Positions 60,839-64,000 of a stretch of 64,000 bases of DNA are shown one piece after another. A program made the position numbers and the translations under genes. Under the pieces are notes generated by a model that made no database searches, had not been told where the DNA came from, and saw only the letters and a program-made list of their open reading frames with translations. Source of the stretch: a virus; IMG/VR virus record IMGVR_UViG_3300029634_000047, positions 1-64,000 of that record. One strand, written 5' to 3'. Numbering within the stretch: the stretch's first letter is position 1; each line of letters begins with the position of its first letter.

Positions 60839-61231
60839 TCATTTGTTTATTATTAGCTTCGCTTGTATTATCAAGGAGTGAAAACCGAGTCCGTCATTTC
60901 CTCCGGGAAGTAATCGTGGACTTACAGCTGAAAACAATTCCGTCACTATTGGAAATTTTGAAACCACTTCCATTTGCATTTCATCTAAACGGACTGTATT
61001 CTCAATACCATTTGAGCGATCATGCGCAAAAACGTTAATCTGACAGTAAGTGTCTTGGTAGGTACTTCCTTTATCTTGGATAGTTTGTGGCAGTCGGATA
61101 ACAACAAAGTCCTTCATTGCCTTTTGTTCAGCAGCCGGACGATCCGTTATAAAAACTTTTTCACCAATGCCGGTTACTGCATCAGCGATTTGTTTTAATA
61201 TATCCATACGTCTATAAACTATCCGTCCCAT
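60839..61231 (-). CDS. tail completion/head-tail joining protein (putative)
   Basis: Position. Confidence 0.3.
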   Translation of the reverse strand: MGRIVYRRMDILKQIADAVTGIGEKVFITDRPAAEQKAMKDFVVIRLPQTIQDKGSTYQDTYCQINVFAHDRSNGIENTVRLDEMQMEVVSKFPIVTELFSAVSPRLLPGGNDGLGFHSLIIQAKLIINK

Positions 61232-61761
61232 TATCTCATTGGTTTAAAGTTCTTGAACAATGTGTTTTGTGCCCTTTGAAATGTTCCGGTCAGAACATCT
61301 GCATTCAGCACATTCTCCAAATAGGTTGAATATTCAGTACCCGTACACATTACTATCTCAAACCCTTTACGTGATTCTGACTTATATTTTTTCAAGAAAT
61401 CAAAGGAGAATGCTTCACCATACCCCTTATCAGTTTCCACCGTTCCGGTAAAACGTCTGCTCTGATTATCATAACTGACACCTACAAATGTTTCACCTTT
61501 AGTCAGCTTCACTCTCACCGGCTGTTTCATTGAATCACCACTACAAACGAAATAGGAAAATCTACCGTCCATGAATAATCCGCACGCATAACTGGTTATT
61601 GTATTACCCGTAAGATTCTGAAAGCCGGACTTATTATCAAGTGCATCTTGGATAAGGTCTTCACAACATTTAATCAAGACATCAAAGATATATCCTGAAA
61701 CAAGTTCCTTTGCTTTTTTCATTCCTTCGTCAAACAATATGTCATTACTCCGGTTATCCAT
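61231..61761 (-). CDS. head-tail joining protein (putative)
   Basis: Position. Confidence 0.3.
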   Translation of the reverse strand: MDNRSNDILFDEGMKKAKELVSGYIFDVLIKCCEDLIQDALDNKSGFQNLTGNTITSYACGLFMDGRFSYFVCSGDSMKQPVRVKLTKGETFVGVSYDNQSRRFTGTVETDKGYGEAFSFDFLKKYKSESRKGFEIVMCTGTEYSTYLENVLNADVLTGTFQRAQNTLFKNFKPMR

Positions 61762-61764
61762 AGG

Positions 61765-62094
61765 TTAATTCTTTGCAAGATTGAAATACACAGTTGTTCC
61801 CAAATTTCCAGCATAGCTATCAGTAACCATACATTGAGTGAAAGTGCCTTGTCTGTCCGTAACATCTATCAAATCACCGGCCAATATTCCTTCAACAATT
61901 CCGGGAAGGCTCAACAGATAATCGCTTTTTATCACATTATTAGTTTTGAATGTTCTCAAATTTGTACTACCTTCCTTTCGGCATATACCTTCATATAAGA
62001 TCATTTTCTTACCATCACTGAAAGAATCCTCACCTATAATTCGGTAAACAGTACATTTGTGCGGATGCCGTGGATTGTTCACTTTCATACTCAA
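61765..62094 (-). CDS. head-tail adaptor (putative)
   Basis: Position. Confidence 0.3.
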   Translation of the reverse strand: MSMKVNNPRHPHKCTVYRIIGEDSFSDGKKMILYEGICRKEGSTNLRTFKTNNVIKSDYLLSLPGIVEGILAGDLIDVTDRQGTFTQCMVTDSYAGNLGTTVYFNLAKN

Positions 62095-62465
62095 AAATTG
62101 ACAATTCTGATTTTACTACCCTTTACAACTTCTTCATCCCATTTTTCATACAGTTCTTTCGCCATTTCACGTAGTTGTCGCTTGTCGTATGCACTGGTCT
62201 GCCAACCCCCTTCCTTATGTTTCCATCCCCCGTCACTGTCTTCGGTATCATTCTTACTGCTTGGAGTGCTTGCACACCACATGTAAATATCGGCAGTGGC
62301 AAGATCAAGCTGTCTTTCAGTCAGTTCACTTACCATTGTTCCAAAAGCGATTTTCCGCTTGACAAGAACCCTTTTGAGGGCGTTATCCGCTATTTCATAA
62401 GCGGTTGCGCCACTCAAAAAGTCCTCAATGGTCATATCTTCCGTATGAAAAAGTTCCTCACTCAT
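62091..62465 (-). CDS. head-tail connector (putative)
   Basis: Position. Confidence 0.3.
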   Translation of the reverse strand: MSEELFHTEDMTIEDFLSGATAYEIADNALKRVLVKRKIAFGTMVSELTERQLDLATADIYMWCASTPSSKNDTEDSDGGWKHKEGGWQTSAYDKRQLREMAKELYEKWDEEVVKGSKIRIVNF

Positions 62466-62484
62466 TCTTGCATGAAGTTAAGAC

Positions 62485-63678
62485 TTACACGGTCACAGTA
62501 GAGATAAACATATACTGCGGCATTCTCGGTACACACATTTGGGCGGCTTCACTTTCAATATAGATTGAATGAGTTTCAGGATTGGCTCTCTGTGTCAGTT
62601 TCAAACGTCCACCGTCATAAGAGGCGACCTTGTTTGCCTCATAACCCAAAGTCAAAGGCTCCACACCTTGAATTGTACCAATCTGACCTACCGGTATAAA
62701 GGCAATATTGGTAGCCTTGAAGTTCTCCACTTGTTCAGTGATAAGATCAGGCTGTCCGTCCGCATCCTTACCGGGTTTATCAACAAAAGCATAGCTGTCA
62801 CGTGGTACGATTTCATCTACCTTAACCAGTTTCTTGAAAATGGCTTTCAGGCGGTCTTCATCTTCATTCTGTGCATTGGCAATAACCGTACTATCATCCG
62901 TTACAGTCGGATAGAGGGAATGACCGATACGTTTAAGAACTGCGGTATGAGTCATTAAATCATCCCACAAGTCCTGCGCCAGCTCCATCCTGATCTTGCC
63001 TAAATAATGATATTTACGGCGAATCTCTTTCACTCTGTTCTTTATATCCATAATCGGATCAGAGGCAGAGCCTTGATTTGCCGGAATATGTTCATCCTTA
63101 GTCCACCAACGGCTTGTACCGGTCAATACTTGATAATGGTTTTCAGGGATATTAAAATCAATAGTGATACCTTTCAAGCCACGTGGGTTGTTATCAGTAT
63201 CAATAGTGAACTTACCCGTGGAAACAATTCTCATTCGCTGGTGAGTAAGCGCATTGTAATACGATCCGATAAGACCGTCAGCACTTTCATCAAGCAAGCC
63301 CAAGAATACATTCTGCATCTCTTCCGTCAATGCGGACATGCCTACCCGTTGCAACAGTTGTAATTGTTGTCTTACAGTCACACGGTTCAAACGATAGAAC
63401 TTCTTTTGAGTCGGGATGTTACCCGTCCGTCCTTCGAGTTCTCCCAATGCAGCTTCATAGCCCGGACTTTCCGGATCAACGTAAGCTGGCAGCGTTTTCA
63501 CGCCGAGGCTCGTAATAAGCTGGGAGAAAGTATAATCCAACTTGGTTGCTTCAAATTCAAAACCATCAATTTGGAGAAGGTCATACTTCTCCTTGTAACG
63601 GTCAATAAATTCTTGCCAAGTGTCCCCACCAAGCCCATATTCGATAACCTTGTACAAATCAATAGGAAGTGTATTCAT
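62485..63678 (-). CDS. major capsid protein (putative)
   Basis: 397 aa, position at head of structural block. Confidence 0.45.
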   Translation of the reverse strand: MNTLPIDLYKVIEYGLGGDTWQEFIDRYKEKYDLLQIDGFEFEATKLDYTFSQLITSLGVKTLPAYVDPESPGYEAALGELEGRTGNIPTQKKFYRLNRVTVRQQLQLLQRVGMSALTEEMQNVFLGLLDESADGLIGSYYNALTHQRMRIVSTGKFTIDTDNNPRGLKGITIDFNIPENHYQVLTGTSRWWTKDEHIPANQGSASDPIMDIKNRVKEIRRKYHYLGKIRMELAQDLWDDLMTHTAVLKRIGHSLYPTVTDDSTVIANAQNEDEDRLKAIFKKLVKVDEIVPRDSYAFVDKPGKDADGQPDLITEQVENFKATNIAFIPVGQIGTIQGVEPLTLGYEANKVASYDGGRLKLTQRANPETHSIYIESEAAQMCVPRMPQYMFISTVTV

Positions 63679-63715
63679 ACAATTGTCGTGTTTTAAATGT
63701 TATTCTCAAATTCTT

Positions 63716-64000
63716 CTACTGCACCCATACAATTTGAGGAAGTGTAGTAATCTTTTGCAGGATAGCAACCACTTCTTCGTCAAACATGTACTGATAAATC
63801 TCTCCGGCATAGACTACTGTCCCACTGGCCTTCGTGTTTTCACTGGCTACAAGAACATCTTCTTGCAAATAGCCATTAATACCAAGAGTGGTAATATCTG
63901 ATTCAGCCGCCTTGATCTGTGCGTCCGTATAAGCGGTGAATGTCTTACCTGAAAGATCAAACTTCACAGCTGTACCGGCAGGAATTTTGCCAACCGCAGC
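63716..64000 (-). CDS. head protein, partial (runs off window)
   Basis: Open frame to window end. Confidence 0.3.
   Translation of the reverse strand, partial: AAVGKIPAGTAVKFDLSGKTFTAYTDAQIKAAESDITTLGINGYLQEDVLVASENTKASGTVVYAGEIYQYMFDEEVVAILQKITTLPQIVWVQ

Larger units (their letters stand above)
11860..64000. mobile_element. prophage (repressors, recombination/modification early arm, lysis, tail, tape measure, capsid); continues beyond window end
   Basis: CI/S24 repressor, RecT, RuvC, holin/endolysin, tail fiber, TMP, capsid genes; convergent early(+)/late(-) arms. Confidence 0.85.

Noticed and set aside
1-64000. CRISPR arrays or retron msr/msd
   Set aside because: No regularly spaced direct repeats were seen, and the only RT is the DGR RT with its TR.

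Overview
AT-rich Bacteroidales-like DNA (TAnnTTTG -7 promoter motifs, HTH_17 proteins, Bacteroides-type integrase, BACON lipoprotein). Three blocks. (i) 1-4.9 kb: host-like genes (DUF488-domain protein, AraC regulator, aldo/keto reductase). (ii) ~4.9-11.5 kb: remnant integrative/mobilizable element (three HTH_17 proteins, MobC-like, DUF3408-like, tyrosine integrase) carrying a SIR2-family putative anti-phage NADase. (iii) ~11.9 kb to beyond the window end: a large prophage. It has CI-like/S24 repressors (minus strand); a plus-strand early/DNA-metabolism arm (RecE/RecT-like, HU, RuvC-like resolvase, three DNA methyltransferases, two radical-SAM proteins, PAPS-reductase-like, MazG, RtcB); and a minus-strand late arm (lysis, tail fibers, tape measure, capsid). 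The arms converge on a hairpin terminator at ~36.08 kb. The main find is a diversity-generating retroelement: a 108-bp template repeat (41981-42089) and two variable repeats whose every mismatch falls at template adenines. VR1 (42268-42376) sits at the C-terminus of a tail-fiber-like target. VR2 (25953-26059) is a remote second target 16 kb away on the opposite strand. The adjacent RT is split into three ORFs. A second pattern: many G8-G12/C9 homopolymer tracts sit inside prophage genes, including both a C5 and an N6A methyltransferase. Every apparent frameshift I checked (eleven junctions, nine genes) is repaired by deleting exactly one base, so these are either systematic one-base insertion artefacts or phase-variable tracts caught in the OFF state. 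Also noted: a -1 slippery A10 in the tail-chaperone pair, two tRNA-like fragments inside the prophage, a GC-rich candidate ncRNA next to the repressor, and a BACON lipoprotein moron.
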